Notes: a model not told the origin generated them from the sequence alone. DNA of 64,000 nucleotides from Candidatus Zhuqueibacterota bacterium (GCA_049322915.1 JBMOPW010000014.1:986774-1050773), one strand, 5' to 3'. Shown: positions 46,726-58,112, counted from the first letter of the stretch. Numbers and translations are program-made.

Positions 46726-47790
46726 ATGAAAAAACCTGGTTACACTGAAATATTCTTTTTCATTGCGATGATCATTGGCATCAAGGCTCATTCCTGTCTG
46801 ACTGCTGAAGTCATTTATTTTATCCATCAGCCTCAAATGGCACTTGAGCAGCGCATTCAATCTGCATTGCATCTGGCGATGAAAAAATTCGATGGCAGAG
46901 AAATCTGGTTGGCGTACTCGCTTGATTCAAACGCCGTGCAGAGCCTTGATGCGCAGACTTCGCATCAGGAAAGGATGGAGCAGCAACCACTGACGCAGCT
47001 TCTGATGCAGGATGCTGCCGGTCTACCAGCCCTTCTCGTGTTAGATTATTCGCTGGAATCTGGCTATCCGTATTTGCACCATGCCTATATCTTTCCGGAA
47101 AATGACCGGGGCACGGAGGAAATCCGGCCAACGATCTGGTTGGGCGTGCGCAGCGCCAAACAAAGCCTGGATTGGCTGCAGAAACAATTTTATATATCAA
47201 AAAGCCCGACTCTCAGCAAACAGTTGGTGCATTGCATCGGTATGCACGGTTGTGAAGAAGCTGTTATCGAATTCAATCGGGCGGTTCTCTTCTCCCAATT
47301 TTCAGAGCCGATAAAATCTGAAGCGCTCGCCGGACTGAGCCTTCAGGAGGCGCCTGCAAGCATCCGAACCATCGTCTCGGTTTTCTCGATGAACAATGCG
47401 CCGAATCTCAAAAAGCGGGCTATCGCCGAACTGAGTCAAATGCAGGATGAACGGGCGCATCGGTATATTTTTTCCATTGCGTCGAGCGGGAAAGATGTGC
47501 GCTTGCGGAAAGAGGCAATTTTCTGGCTGGCTCAAATTGGATCGGACCAGGCAATTCAGGTACTACTGCAAATTTTCAGTTCTGAACTAGATCCGGCGAT
47601 GAAAGAGTACACGATCTTTTCGATCGGACAATTGCCCCAGGGACGGGGTCATGAAATTTTATGCCAAATAGCTGAAACCAATTCCGATGAACGAATGCGG
47701 GAAAAGGCCAGATTCTGGATGGGCCAGTCCAGCGCTCAGCGGTTCAACGTTCTGTTGAAAGAAATGTCCGATGAGCAATCTGTAAAATAG
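46726..47790 (+). CDS. Exported HEAT-repeat protein
   Basis: Signal-like N-terminus; repeats IKSEALAGLS / LKKRAIAELSQ / LRKEAIFWLAQ / MKEYTIFSIGQ / MREKARFWMGQ. Confidence 0.78.
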   Translation: MKKPGYTEIFFFIAMIIGIKAHSCLTAEVIYFIHQPQMALEQRIQSALHLAMKKFDGREIWLAYSLDSNAVQSLDAQTSHQERMEQQPLTQLLMQDAAGLPALLVLDYSLESGYPYLHHAYIFPENDRGTEEIRPTIWLGVRSAKQSLDWLQKQFYISKSPTLSKQLVHCIGMHGCEEAVIEFNRAVLFSQFSEPIKSEALAGLSLQEAPASIRTIVSVFSMNNAPNLKKRAIAELSQMQDERAHRYIFSIASSGKDVRLRKEAIFWLAQIGSDQAIQVLLQIFSSELDPAMKEYTIFSIGQLPQGRGHEILCQIAETNSDERMREKARFWMGQSSAQRFNVLLKEMSDEQSVK

Positions 47791-47839
47791 ACAGAAGACG
47801 TTGGGGGGTAAAAACTAACCGGCGATGATGCTGTAACAG

Positions 47840-47866
47840 AAAGGGCGAATATTCAATTCGCCCTTT
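47840..47866. terminator. Hairpin between convergent genes
   Basis: AAAGGGCGAAT-ATTCA-ATTCGCCCTTT. Confidence 0.65.
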
Positions 47867-47870
47867 ATCG

Positions 47871-47993
47871 TTACGACTTCTCTGACTTTTTTTTCGTCTC
47901 GTCTGACTTCTTCATTGCGTCAGCGACTTGCTGTTTTTTGTATTTTAATTGGTCTTGATTCTTAAGAATTTTTTTTGCCACACGCTTTTTCAT
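47871..47993 (-). CDS. Small basic protein (40 aa), below the ORF-track cutoff
   Basis: MKKRVAKKILKNQDQLKYKKQQVADAMKKSDETKKKSEKS*; GGAGG RBS; 17 nt after the PMM/PGM stop and just before the hairpin. Confidence 0.65.
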   Translation of the reverse strand: MKKRVAKKILKNQDQLKYKKQQVADAMKKSDETKKKSEKS

Positions 47994-48010
47994 GATTGCC
48001 TCCGGTTTAT

Positions 48011-49384
48011 TTAAAAATCAGAATCGTTAAATTTCACATCCGGGTATTGTCGCATTTTATGTTTAAAGATGGATATGATTTCCTTCAAACGCGTCTCGGT
48101 CTTGGCTTCGAATCGAAGCACCAGAACGGGTTGCGTATTTGAAGCGCGAACCAGTCCCCAGCCATCGCCGAACAGGACGCGAGCGCCGTCGATATCAATG
48201 GTCTCGTAGTCCTTTTTGAAACTTTTAGCGATGTCGGCTACGACATCGAACTTTGTATCGTCGGAACAATCGACGCGGATTTCCGGCGTGCTGATGAAAT
48301 AAGGGATATCATCGATCAGTTCCGATAGTTTCTTTTTTGAACCGGCGACGATTTGTAACAGCCGGCCTGATGCATAGATGGCATCGTCAAAGCCAAAATA
48401 ATCATCGCCGAAAAAGATATGCCCGGACATTTCGCCGGCGAACGGCGAATTCACTTCCTTCATCTTGGCCTTTAACAACGAATGGCCTGTCTTCCACATC
48501 AATGGTTTACCGCCGAATTTTTGAATATATTCCGGCAGCGCCTGGGAGCATTTCACATCAAAGACGATGCTGGCGCCCGGTTTCCTCTGCAGCACATCGC
48601 TGCTGAACAGGGCGATGAGCCGGTCAGCGTAAATTTGCCGGCCAGTTTCATCGATGGCGCCGATGCGATCACTGTCACCATCGTAACCAATCCCAATATC
48701 CGCATGCGTTTCCAATACTTTTTTCTGCAGATCCACGACATATTTGGGAACGGTCGGATCTGGCAGATGATTGGGGAATCTCCCATCCGGCTCGCAATAA
48801 AGTTCTATCACTTCACACCCCAGCGATTCCCAGAGCTGAGGGGCTATGGTGCCCGCAGTCCCGTTGCCAGCGTCGATGACCACTTTCAATTTTCGATTGA
48901 GCTTGATTTTTGATTTAATCGTTTCCACATACGTGGGAATCATGTCCTGGGATTGGGTTTTCCCGTTGCCTGTTTCAAAATTGGAGTCGCCAATAATCTT
49001 TCTCAGATTTTGAATGCCGCTGCCATAGATGGATGCAATACCTTCGCACAATTTCAACCCATTGAATTCGATGGGATTATGGCTGCCTGTCACCATCACG
49101 CCGCCATCAACGTTGAGGTGGACAATGGCAAAGTAAAGCACGGGTGTCGGTATCTGGCCGAGGATGATCACGTCGCCGCCTGTTGCCGTTATTCCCCTGA
49201 CGAGCGCATTCTGAATTCTCTCCGATGATAATCTCACATCGCGACCTACCACAAATTTTTTCCAGCCATTTCGCCGCATGTAGGAACCATAGGCCTTCCC
49301 AATGAGTTCGATTGCCTCATCGGTCAAATCATGCTCGGCTATTCCTCGAATGTCGTATTCCCTGAAGATGTTTGGATTGATCAC
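48011..49384 (-). CDS. Phosphomannomutase/phosphoglucomutase
   Basis: IFREYDIRG, VTGSHNP (phospho-Ser), DGDSDR, GEMSGH, RASNTQP. Confidence 0.95.
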   Translation of the reverse strand: MINPNIFREYDIRGIAEHDLTDEAIELIGKAYGSYMRRNGWKKFVVGRDVRLSSERIQNALVRGITATGGDVIILGQIPTPVLYFAIVHLNVDGGVMVTGSHNPIEFNGLKLCEGIASIYGSGIQNLRKIIGDSNFETGNGKTQSQDMIPTYVETIKSKIKLNRKLKVVIDAGNGTAGTIAPQLWESLGCEVIELYCEPDGRFPNHLPDPTVPKYVVDLQKKVLETHADIGIGYDGDSDRIGAIDETGRQIYADRLIALFSSDVLQRKPGASIVFDVKCSQALPEYIQKFGGKPLMWKTGHSLLKAKMKEVNSPFAGEMSGHIFFGDDYFGFDDAIYASGRLLQIVAGSKKKLSELIDDIPYFISTPEIRVDCSDDTKFDVVADIAKSFKKDYETIDIDGARVLFGDGWGLVRASNTQPVLVLRFEAKTETRLKEIISIFKHKMRQYPDVKFNDSDF

Positions 49385-49401
49385 GCCAGCCTCCTATACA
49401 A

Positions 49402-50289
49402 TTAGTTACAGCTTAATTTTGCTAATATGACACGGGGTAATTTATTCAAATCATAAATGACTTCGATGGAGTGAAAATGGGCGGCGCCGGCGAAGATATG
49501 CTGCACCGCCTCTTTCTGCGTTGCGCCAATTTCAACGGCAACAAAGCCGGGCTTTTTGAGCAATGTCCGGGCAAGTTCAGCAATTCGATGGTAGAATAGA
49601 GTCCCGTCTGTCCCGCCTTTGAGGGCAACCGCTGGTTCGTAATTTCGCACCTCGATGGGCAGATCATGAAATTCGTGATCAGTGATGTAGGGCGGATTTG
49701 AAACGATCGCATCGAACGCCCGCTCCGTTGCAAACAGCGGTTGAAATATATCCCCTTCGAAGAATTCGATTTTATGGTGAACCTGATGGAATTCCGCATT
49801 GAGTCTGGCGACTGCCAGCGATTCCGCTCCGATGTCCAGCGCTGTGATGTTTGAATTTTCAAGATGCTTCGCTAAGGCAATGGCAATATTGCCGCTGCCG
49901 GTGCCAATGTCCAGCACCTGAATTGATTTATCCGGCGAATCATTGGCCTTCAGTTCGTTTAGCACGGTTTCCACGAGCAGTTCTGTTTCAGGGCGTGGAA
50001 TGAGAGTGCTTTTATTCACGCTCAGTTTCAGCGAAAAGAACTCTGTTTCACCGGTCAGGTACTGAATCGGCTCGTGTTGGGCGCGGCGCTTCAATGCATC
50101 CCGCAGCGCTGCCAGTTCAATGGGAGAGAGCTGTTTTTCGAAATTGAGATAGAGCTGGACGCGATTCATTTTTAGCACATGCGCGGCAATGAGTTCAGCA
50201 TTGAGTCGAGCATTTTCGAACCCGCGCGATTTGAGAAAGTCCGTTGACATGGTGATAATATCGATCACTCGATAAATTTTATCTTCCAT
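49402..50289 (-). CDS. prmC: Release factor glutamine methyltransferase
   Basis: EPIQY, LIPRPETE, LDIGTGSGNIA, VSNPPY; downstream of prfA. Confidence 0.95.
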   Translation of the reverse strand: MEDKIYRVIDIITMSTDFLKSRGFENARLNAELIAAHVLKMNRVQLYLNFEKQLSPIELAALRDALKRRAQHEPIQYLTGETEFFSLKLSVNKSTLIPRPETELLVETVLNELKANDSPDKSIQVLDIGTGSGNIAIALAKHLENSNITALDIGAESLAVARLNAEFHQVHHKIEFFEGDIFQPLFATERAFDAIVSNPPYITDHEFHDLPIEVRNYEPAVALKGGTDGTLFYHRIAELARTLLKKPGFVAVEIGATQKEAVQHIFAGAAHFHSIEVIYDLNKLPRVILAKLSCN

Positions 50290-50292
50290 GCG

Positions 50293-51357
50293 CTACCCGG
50301 CTTGAAGTCGTTCGGTTCGATCTGCGATCTGCAATTGCTCGATCATTTCGTACAAATCGCCCTCGAGAATTCTATCCAATTTATAGAGCGTCAAATTAAT
50401 ACGGTGATCCGTCACGCGGTTCTGCGGGAAATTGAATGTACGGATTTTTGCGCTGCGATCGCCGGTGCTCACCATGGATCGACGGGATGCATCCAGCTTG
50501 GCGCGCTCCTCTTCCAGTTTCTGCTCGTACAGCCGTGCGCGCAATACCTTCAACGCCTTTGCTTTATTCTTGTGCTGCGATTTCTCATCCTGACAGGTCA
50601 CCACCATGCCGGAGGGGATATGCGTGACTCTCACCGCCGAGTCTGTGGTATTCACACTCTGTCCGCCTGGTCCGGAGGAACGGTACACGTCGATTTTTAA
50701 ATCGCCGGGATCAATGTGTATGTCCACTTCTTCAGCCTCCGGCAGCACGGCGACAGATGCCGCTGAAGTATGAATTCTCCCACTCGCTTCCGTGGCCGGC
50801 ACCCGCTGCACCCGATGCACACCGCCTTCAAATTTCATTTTACCGTAGGCATCGTCGCCGTTCACTGAAAACGATATTTCCTTGAATCCGCCAATTTCCT
50901 GGGGATGCGACGAGAGTATTTCAATTTTCCATTGTTGCTGCTCCGCGTACTTCATGTACATTCGGAACAAATCCCCTGCGAACAGGCAGGCCTCGTTTCC
51001 TCCTGTGCCGGCGCGAATTTCGACGATGGCATTTTTCCTGTCCTCAGGATCCGTGGGCGTGAGCAAAAGTTTCAGTTCGTGTTCCACGGTCCCGAACTGA
51101 CCGTTCAATTCCTTAATTTCATCTTCAGCCAGTTGAATCAAATCCCGATCATGCTCATTTGCGATGATGTCTTTGGCCTCGGCGATGCGGTTCGTGATGG
51201 AGATGTACTCGTTGGACTTTTTCACAATCTCAGCCAATTCCCGCTGTTCTTTAGCCAGCGTCCGAAATCGATTTTGATCCTTGAAAATCTCAGGATCGCT
51301 CAAAGACGCTTCAAGTTCATTATTGCGCTGAATGATTTTATTTATCTTGTCTATCAT
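50293..51357 (-). CDS. prfA: Peptide chain release factor 1
   Basis: EIRAGTGG, HRVQRVPAT (PxT), GPGGQ, KIRTFNFPQ. Confidence 0.96.
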   Translation of the reverse strand: MIDKINKIIQRNNELEASLSDPEIFKDQNRFRTLAKEQRELAEIVKKSNEYISITNRIAEAKDIIANEHDRDLIQLAEDEIKELNGQFGTVEHELKLLLTPTDPEDRKNAIVEIRAGTGGNEACLFAGDLFRMYMKYAEQQQWKIEILSSHPQEIGGFKEISFSVNGDDAYGKMKFEGGVHRVQRVPATEASGRIHTSAASVAVLPEAEEVDIHIDPGDLKIDVYRSSGPGGQSVNTTDSAVRVTHIPSGMVVTCQDEKSQHKNKAKALKVLRARLYEQKLEEERAKLDASRRSMVSTGDRSAKIRTFNFPQNRVTDHRINLTLYKLDRILEGDLYEMIEQLQIADRTERLQAG

Positions 51358-51374
51358 GGACTTTACCACTCCAA

Positions 51375-52310
51375 TTATGGCTCGGATTCAACTGCCAGAA
51401 CGACATTTGGATCATCTTGAAATGAGATGCCCAGAGAGCCCTTTAATGCGACCAGAGCGACTTCGAGCATAGATTCGTCCGGTTCGCGGGCAGTGATTTT
51501 TTGCAGCCATAAGCCAGGTTTGATGAACATTTTCACGATGGGATTATCCTGTCGCTTGTCGGAGAGCTTGATCAATTCATAGGACAGCCCACCGATGAGC
51601 GGCACAAATGCCAGACGCAGAAGTCGGTCGAAAATCGTCTCCGGTCGGCCGAACGCCATGAAAACAACAATGCTCACCAGCAATACGGTTAAAATGAAGC
51701 TGGTGCCGCAGCGGGGATGATACGGCGTAAATCCCCGTGAATTTTCAACGGTCAACTCGTGTCCGGCTTCGAATGCAAAAATCGTTTTATGCTCGGCCCC
51801 GTGGTATTGGAAAATGCGTTGAATATCTTTCCACAGGGTAATCATGCTGAGGTACAGGAGAAAAATGATGACCCGGAAGAGACCATCGACGACATTGAAC
51901 CAGAAACCGCTTTTTGCGCCGACCAAATCTGTGAGGACGAGCGGCAGATAAAAAAACAGCGCCAGACCAATGCCCAGAGAGAACACAATCGTCGCAATCA
52001 ACCAAAGGGTGGACAGCCCTTTTTTCCTGGCCTGATCAGGTTTCTTCGTTTTCTCATCTTCCCCGATGGCAATATCCCCTGAGAATGTGAGGGCTTTGAT
52101 GCCAAGAATCATGGACTCAATCAGGATAACGCCGCCGCGAATGCTGGGCAGCCCCCAAAACTTATTGCGTTTCGTCAGCGACTGGTAGGGGTCATTTTTC
52201 AATACAATTTTTCCATCGGGACGGCGAACAGCGACAGCGACGCGGTCCGGCGATCGCATCATTACGCCTTCAATCACTGCCTGTCCGCCTACCTGGAGTT
52301 TATTTTTCAT
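51375..52310 (-). CDS. DUF1385 family membrane protein
   Basis: [39 protein letters not shown]. Confidence 0.9.
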   Translation of the reverse strand: MKNKLQVGGQAVIEGVMMRSPDRVAVAVRRPDGKIVLKNDPYQSLTKRNKFWGLPSIRGGVILIESMILGIKALTFSGDIAIGEDEKTKKPDQARKKGLSTLWLIATIVFSLGIGLALFFYLPLVLTDLVGAKSGFWFNVVDGLFRVIIFLLYLSMITLWKDIQRIFQYHGAEHKTIFAFEAGHELTVENSRGFTPYHPRCGTSFILTVLLVSIVVFMAFGRPETIFDRLLRLAFVPLIGGLSYELIKLSDKRQDNPIVKMFIKPGLWLQKITAREPDESMLEVALVALKGSLGISFQDDPNVVLAVESEP

Positions 52311-52394
52311 GATCATTTCCAAAAACTCAAATAATGCACCCATCGAACCCATTGGCTTGAAGGTTCAAACGCTGAATTGATGGAGCAAAAATGA

Positions 52395-52440
52395 AAAAAC
52401 GGAATACGTGATCCCATTGGGATCAATGTTCGTATTCCGT
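52395..52440 (-). terminator. Intrinsic terminator after rpmE
   Basis: ACGGAATACG...CGTATTCCGT stem with inner TGATCCC/GGGATCA, followed by a T-tract on the minus strand. Confidence 0.6.
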
Positions 52441-52458
52441 CCTATTTTTAAAAACAAG

Positions 52459-52692
52459 CTAAGAGTTCTTTTGAATTGTGGTTTTGTTCTTATTATCAAA
52501 ACCGTATTTTTTCATAAATTTCTCAACGCGACCGGTGGAGTCGACCAATTTCTGTTTACCGGTAAAGAATGGATGGCAATTCGAACAAATATCCAGCCGC
52601 AAATCGCCGACCGTAGACCTCACCTGAAATGTATTGCCGCATGCGCAGGTCACGGTTCCGACCTTATATTGTGGATGTATTTTTTCTTTCAA
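52459..52692 (-). CDS. rpmE: 50S ribosomal protein L31 (Zn-binding type)
   Basis: [29 protein letters not shown] start after GGAGG. Confidence 0.95.
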   Translation of the reverse strand: MKEKIHPQYKVGTVTCACGNTFQVRSTVGDLRLDICSNCHPFFTGKQKLVDSTGRVEKFMKKYGFDNKNKTTIQKNS

Positions 52693-52835
52693 TGGTATAA
52701 CCTCCCAGACACGAGCTTCTGTAATTGATGACTTGACGCCTTTCATTGACCTGGTTATTATTTTTTTCGGCCAACTTTATAAAAATGAGTCGGTAAATAT
52801 ACGGAGATTTTATTTTGAATGCAAGAAAAATATTG

Positions 52836-54083
52836 TTACGACTGCATGGATTCTAAAAATTTTTTATTAGAGCGCGTCCCGCGCATCCGTTCCAGGATGA
52901 ATTCGATGGCCTCGGTGGGCGTGTATTCGCTGAGAAGTTTGCGAATGATCCAGACCCGATTCAACTCCGTGTTGCTGAGCAGCAACTCTTCTTTTCTCGT
53001 GCTCGACTTGTTAATATCAATCGATGGGAAGATTCGCTTGTCCGCCAGATTCCTGTCGAGGACCAATTCCATATTGCCGGTGCCTTTGAATTCTTCAAAA
53101 ATGACTTCATCCATTCGACTGCCGGTATCGATCAAAGCAGTGGCAATAATGGTCAGGCTCCCGCCTTCCTCGATATTTCGCGCCGCGCCAAAGAAACGTT
53201 TCGGTCGCTGCAAAGCGCTCGCATCAACACCGCCAGAGAGGATCTTCCCGCTATGCGGAACGACGGTATTGTAAGCACGGGCCAGACGAGTGATGCTATC
53301 CAGCAGGATTACGACATCGTGTTTATATTCGACCAGCCGCTTCGCTTTTTCGAGTACCATTTCGGCAACCTGCACGTGGCGTTCTGCCGGCTCATCAAAT
53401 GTGGAGCTGATAACTTCCGCCTTGACAGATCGTTCCATGTCGGTGACTTCTTCCGGGCGTTCGTCGATTAAAAGTACAATGAGTTTAATTTCGGGGTGAT
53501 TGGATGTGATGGCATTGGCGGTGGATTGAAGCAGCGTTGTTTTCCCTGTTTTCGGCTGAGCGACGATCAGTCCGCGCTGACCTTTGCCTATTGGAGTCAG
53601 CAAGTCCATGATGCGCGTTGCGTAATTTGTCGCCGTGTATTCCAGTTCTATCCGCGACATAGGATAGAGTGGCGTCAGGTTATCGAACAGAATTTTCGTT
53701 TTCGCCTCTTCCGGGTTCTCGTAGTTGACCGCTTCAACTTTGAGCAGTGCAAAGAACCGCTCGTTCTCTTTTGGGGGACGAATCTGGCCGGATACTGAGT
53801 CACCAGTACGCAAGCCAAACCGTTTAATCTGGGATGGAGATACGTAAATATCAGCCGGGCCCGGTAGGTAGTTGTAATCCGTTGATCTTAAAAAACCGTA
53901 GCCATCAGGCAAAATTTCTAATACACCTTCCGCGAATATCAATCCCTCCTGCTTGGTCTGTTCTTCCAAAATTTTGAAAATGAGTTCCTGCTTTTTCAAA
54001 CCTGTTGACCCTGAAATTTTCAAATCCTGAGCGACTTTGGTCAACTCAGAAATTTTTAATGTCTTCAACTCTGCAATGTCCAT
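52836..54083 (-). CDS. rho: Transcription termination factor Rho
   Basis: [42 protein letters not shown]. Confidence 0.98.
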   Translation of the reverse strand: MDIAELKTLKISELTKVAQDLKISGSTGLKKQELIFKILEEQTKQEGLIFAEGVLEILPDGYGFLRSTDYNYLPGPADIYVSPSQIKRFGLRTGDSVSGQIRPPKENERFFALLKVEAVNYENPEEAKTKILFDNLTPLYPMSRIELEYTATNYATRIMDLLTPIGKGQRGLIVAQPKTGKTTLLQSTANAITSNHPEIKLIVLLIDERPEEVTDMERSVKAEVISSTFDEPAERHVQVAEMVLEKAKRLVEYKHDVVILLDSITRLARAYNTVVPHSGKILSGGVDASALQRPKRFFGAARNIEEGGSLTIIATALIDTGSRMDEVIFEEFKGTGNMELVLDRNLADKRIFPSIDINKSSTRKEELLLSNTELNRVWIIRKLLSEYTPTEAIEFILERMRGTRSNKKFLESMQS

Positions 54084-54492
54084 AGCATCGTCCCTTCTTA
54101 TGTATTGAAAATGCTTTTAATAATTGGCAAAATTATGTTTTACTATCGGATTTTTATGAATTATCTTTACCATACTCAAATTGATTTGCCATACACCTGG
54201 TTTTTATTTGATTGTTGAGCATGGTTGCCCCATTAATATTGTGGTACAATACGAGAGGTACTACATTTGAGGAAATTTTGGTGTTAAAAATGAAGTAATC
54301 CTTTACTGCATTTGTTCTGTCAATTAAGTATTTCTTGTGTCTCACCTTTGGATTTGCACGCTCGTAGCAAAGAGGGTGGATGTGAATTTGTAGATCAGTT
54401 CGAAAAGTATGGTTATTACATCGCACTTCAGTCGTCACGATACGATTGGGCTCATCCCGACTGCTTTCAATCGCGCTGCATTTTTGCACAGG

Positions 54493-55590
54493 TTAAATAC
54501 GTTCCTCGGTTTCAGCATCGAAAAAGTGACATTTGTCCATGTTGAATGTGATGTCAATGGTGGCGCCAACTTCAAAATTATCCCCGGTATTGATTCGGGA
54601 GACAAACGGATGAATGCCGGTATTCAGATACAGGAATATTTCATTCCCCATCGGCTCGACCACTTCCAGCAGACTTTTCACCCGGGACGGATTGCTCAGG
54701 GAAGGAGCAAAACGGGAATCAAAAATATTTTCGGGTCTGATGCCGAAGATGATCTTCTTTCCAATCCTGCTGGCTAATTTGGTACGGAACGAGTCCGGGA
54801 TTTGAAAGTTGATTTTTCCTTCTTCGAATGCGAGTCCGCCGTTATCAACCAGCGTGCCGCTCATGAAATTCATGGCCGGACTTCCAATGAACCCGGCGAC
54901 GAATTTATTCACCGGGTAATTGTAAAGATTCAGGGGCGTGTCGATCTGGTGCACAAAGCCATCTTTCATCACAACAATGCGGTCGCCCATCGTCATCGCT
55001 TCCATCTGATCGTGGGTCACGTAGATCATCGTTGTTTCCAATCGATTGTGCAGTTTGCTGATTTCAGTGCGCATTTGAACGCGAAGTTTCGCATCAAGAT
55101 TGGACAATGGCTCGTCGAACAGGAACACTTTTGGCTTTCGAACGATAGCTCGCCCTACGGCAACGCGCTGACGCTGACCACCGGACAGCGCCTTGGGCTT
55201 CCGATGCAATAGTTCGTGAATCTCCAGAATCTCAGCCGCCTCCTGCACCCGCTTTTCGATTTCAGCTTTTGGGAACTTGCGCAGCTTCAGGCCGAAAGCC
55301 ATATTCTCGTACACCGTCATGTGAGGATACAGGGCATAATTTTGAAACACCATGGCAATGTCGCGATCTTTGGGAGGGATGTCGTTGACCAGGCGGTCGT
55401 CGATGAATATTTTACCGCTGGTTATTTCTTCCAAACCGGCAATCATCCGAAGCGTTGTGGATTTTCCGCAGCCAGAGGGGCCGACCAGAACCATAAACTC
55501 TTTATCCCGGATATCAATGTCAACACAGTTTACTGCAACGACATTTTTCTCAAAGGTTTTTGATACTTGCTCTAATTTAACGTTCGCCAT
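54493..55590 (-). CDS. Sugar ABC transporter ATP-binding protein (UgpC/MalK-like)
   Basis: GPSGCGKST, VFQNYALYPH, LSGGQRQR, DEPLSNLD, TOBE C-terminus. Confidence 0.93.
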   Translation of the reverse strand: MANVKLEQVSKTFEKNVVAVNCVDIDIRDKEFMVLVGPSGCGKSTTLRMIAGLEEITSGKIFIDDRLVNDIPPKDRDIAMVFQNYALYPHMTVYENMAFGLKLRKFPKAEIEKRVQEAAEILEIHELLHRKPKALSGGQRQRVAVGRAIVRKPKVFLFDEPLSNLDAKLRVQMRTEISKLHNRLETTMIYVTHDQMEAMTMGDRIVVMKDGFVHQIDTPLNLYNYPVNKFVAGFIGSPAMNFMSGTLVDNGGLAFEEGKINFQIPDSFRTKLASRIGKKIIFGIRPENIFDSRFAPSLSNPSRVKSLLEVVEPMGNEIFLYLNTGIHPFVSRINTGDNFEVGATIDITFNMDKCHFFDAETEERI

Positions 55591-56045
55591 AGCTACTCTG
55601 GAATCCCTATATTTGCTGATGTAAAAAAGGATTGGAAGCTATTATTCCTCCCTTTCTTATTGTAATGAAAAGCCGGATGATTAATTTTAAGAAAGACGTG
55701 TGGAAAAAATAGCTGCTTTAGATATTGAGGAAGTTGATTAAGAGTAAAATCACGAAGCTCAAGTTCTTTAAATTACTTCACCTAATATTTGTAGTTCTTT
55801 GATTGATCGGCTAATTTATTAAAGGATAAGTCACCGAAGGATTAAGGGAGTTTATGATAAGTTTTAATATTCTTTTTACCAGGTGAGTTTTGGCTCAATT
55901 TAAAAAACTTTCTTTATAAAGTCAAGAACTTTTCTTGAATTTTAAGAAAATTAAATAGCTGGGTTATAACCATTTTTTTTCAACTGAGTGACCAGCCCGA
56001 AAAAGACACTGCAATACAGGCTCGGAATTCGGTCGCACGCCGGTA

Positions 56046-57347
56046 TTAAAAACATTTCACTGCAGTCGGCGCGGATTTCTGATAAAACGATTCCATCACT
56101 TCGCTCACCGTATAGTGCGAGCCGGCGCAGAGAATGAGGTCTGTCTTCTGGGCTGATTCCATTGCGTAGGCGAATCCCTCGGCCACGCTCGCTGATTTTT
56201 TTACATTCGGAGTGAACTTTCGGGCGATGCGCGAAATCGTCGAGGTGGCTAACCCGCGGTGGGTATTGGCTTTTACAGCGATGAATAAATCCGAGATGCT
56301 CGCTAATTTATTGATCATGAACATGAAATTCTTGTCTTTGCACACGCCGAAAACGACAATCAGCCGATCGTAATTATAAATTGACCGAATGGATTTTTTC
56401 AAATAGGCTATTCCGTGCGCGTTATGGGCGACGTCGATGACGACTCTGGGATTGTAGGAAATTGTCTGCAATCGCCCCGGCCATTGAACGTCCAGCAGGC
56501 CGTGATAGATGTCTTCAATTTTTATGGGCATGAAACGCGAGTTGATGATGTCCGCAGCAGTAACTGCCAGAGCAGCGTTGTGAATCTGATGTTCGCCGAT
56601 GAGCCCGATTTTTAATTGCGGGAAAACCGACCCATTGATGGCCATATCCAGTGTCGTAAATTTCTCTCCGTATTGGAGGTTACTGATTTTCAGAAGCCTA
56701 TCCACCTGGATGTGCTCTGCATTCTGTTCCTGGCATGTCTTTTCGAAAATAGCTTCGACACCTTTATAGCGGCAATTCGTGATGCAGATAGTCCCTTGTT
56801 TGATGATACCGGCTTTTTCAACGGCGATGGATTTGCGCGTCGGTCCTAATTGTTTGGTGTGATCAATTTCGATGTTGGTGATGATTGTCACCAGCGGATT
56901 GATGACATTGGTGGCGTCCAGTCGCCCCCCAAGTCCGACTTCAATCACAGCAATCTCGACTTTTTTATCTGCAAAATATAAGAACGCGATAGCGGTCATG
57001 GCTTCAAAAAACGTGCATTTATACTTTGCGATCAATGGTTTCAATGATTCGATGTATTTCACTAAATCGTCTTTGCTGATCGGAATGCCATTGCACTTGA
57101 TGCGCTCGCCGACATAGGTTAAATGGGGTGATGTATAAAGCGCCGTGTTGTATCCGGCAGTGGCTAAAATGGACTCGATCATTGCTGAAGTTGAACCTTT
57201 TCCATTAGTGCCCGCAATATGAACGAGTTTGTATTTTTCCTGGGGATTCCCCAATTCCTTCAGGAGTGATTTTATTTTTCCCAGACCCAATTTCCAGCCA
57301 AGGCTATTCAAATTGTACAAATATTCAATTGCCTGGTCGTAATTCAT
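56046..57347 (-). CDS. folC: Folylpolyglutamate synthase/dihydrofolate synthase
   Basis: HIAGTNGKGS, YTSPHL, EVGLGGRLDATN, WPGRLQ, DVAHN. Confidence 0.95.
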   Translation of the reverse strand: MNYDQAIEYLYNLNSLGWKLGLGKIKSLLKELGNPQEKYKLVHIAGTNGKGSTSAMIESILATAGYNTALYTSPHLTYVGERIKCNGIPISKDDLVKYIESLKPLIAKYKCTFFEAMTAIAFLYFADKKVEIAVIEVGLGGRLDATNVINPLVTIITNIEIDHTKQLGPTRKSIAVEKAGIIKQGTICITNCRYKGVEAIFEKTCQEQNAEHIQVDRLLKISNLQYGEKFTTLDMAINGSVFPQLKIGLIGEHQIHNAALAVTAADIINSRFMPIKIEDIYHGLLDVQWPGRLQTISYNPRVVIDVAHNAHGIAYLKKSIRSIYNYDRLIVVFGVCKDKNFMFMINKLASISDLFIAVKANTHRGLATSTISRIARKFTPNVKKSASVAEGFAYAMESAQKTDLILCAGSHYTVSEVMESFYQKSAPTAVKCF

Positions 57348-58037
57348 AAAAATTCTTTTCCTTTGTTATCAGCATTTAAGTACGAGGAAGCGTGGTCATT
57401 TCAAAACTGAATAGATGCATCGTTGAAGTTCACAAGAACTGAATTCGAGTAGAATAGTCAGCGGTTGAGGTATACAATCGGTAACAGGATTGGTAGAAAT
57501 TTTCTCTGCGGACTGCTACATTAACCGAAAATGAACAGTAAACATAATATAAAATTTAGAATTTTGCAAGAACTTTTTTCACTCCAACATGAAGCTATGC
57601 AATTCCTTATCATTCATTTGGGATTTAATTGCATATCTCCCATGCGTTAGGATAGCGCATCGCTCAGGTTTTGAATGTGCCAGGAGGCGCCTGGAAATGA
57701 AGAGACGGAGGTTGAAAATAACGCCATACAGAACAGGGCCGAAGTGGAAAATAAGTTGGATTACTCTTTCAGAAATTTTTCAGATGGGCTGTTGGATTGT
57801 CAGTCTGTTATCATCGCCGGGAAATGGGAATTCCATGTCGCTGTGGGGCGGCACTCCGGCAGACACCTTTCGCGTTCGGTGGTTTCTCAATTTTATGCAC
57901 GAACGACTGCGGAGGCATGACCGCGAAATGCTGCTGAATCTGGCTAACGACGAAATGGTCGTTGCGCATTCCGTCGGGACTGCTCCCAGGCTCCGACATG
58001 ACAAAATGATGCGCCGTTTTCAGCGTGTGGGTTGAAA

Positions 58038-58112
58038 TAAAAAAACCTCCCGGGAGTTTGCCTGCTTTCATCATTCATCCGATGAAAGGAAAATGGAAAC
58101 TCCGGGGAGGTT
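58038..58112 (-). terminator. Terminator of the TonB/PorV operon
   Basis: AACCTCCCCGGAGTTT ... AAACTCCCGGGAGGTT followed by a T-tract on the minus strand; REP-like GCCCCTGG..TTCATCCAGGGGC adjacent at 58119-58143. Confidence 0.6.

Noticed and set aside
57589..58035. 148-aa plus-strand ORF (GGAGG before ATG 57697)
   Set aside because: Arg/Trp-rich sequence with no recognisable domain; cannot be supported without a homology search
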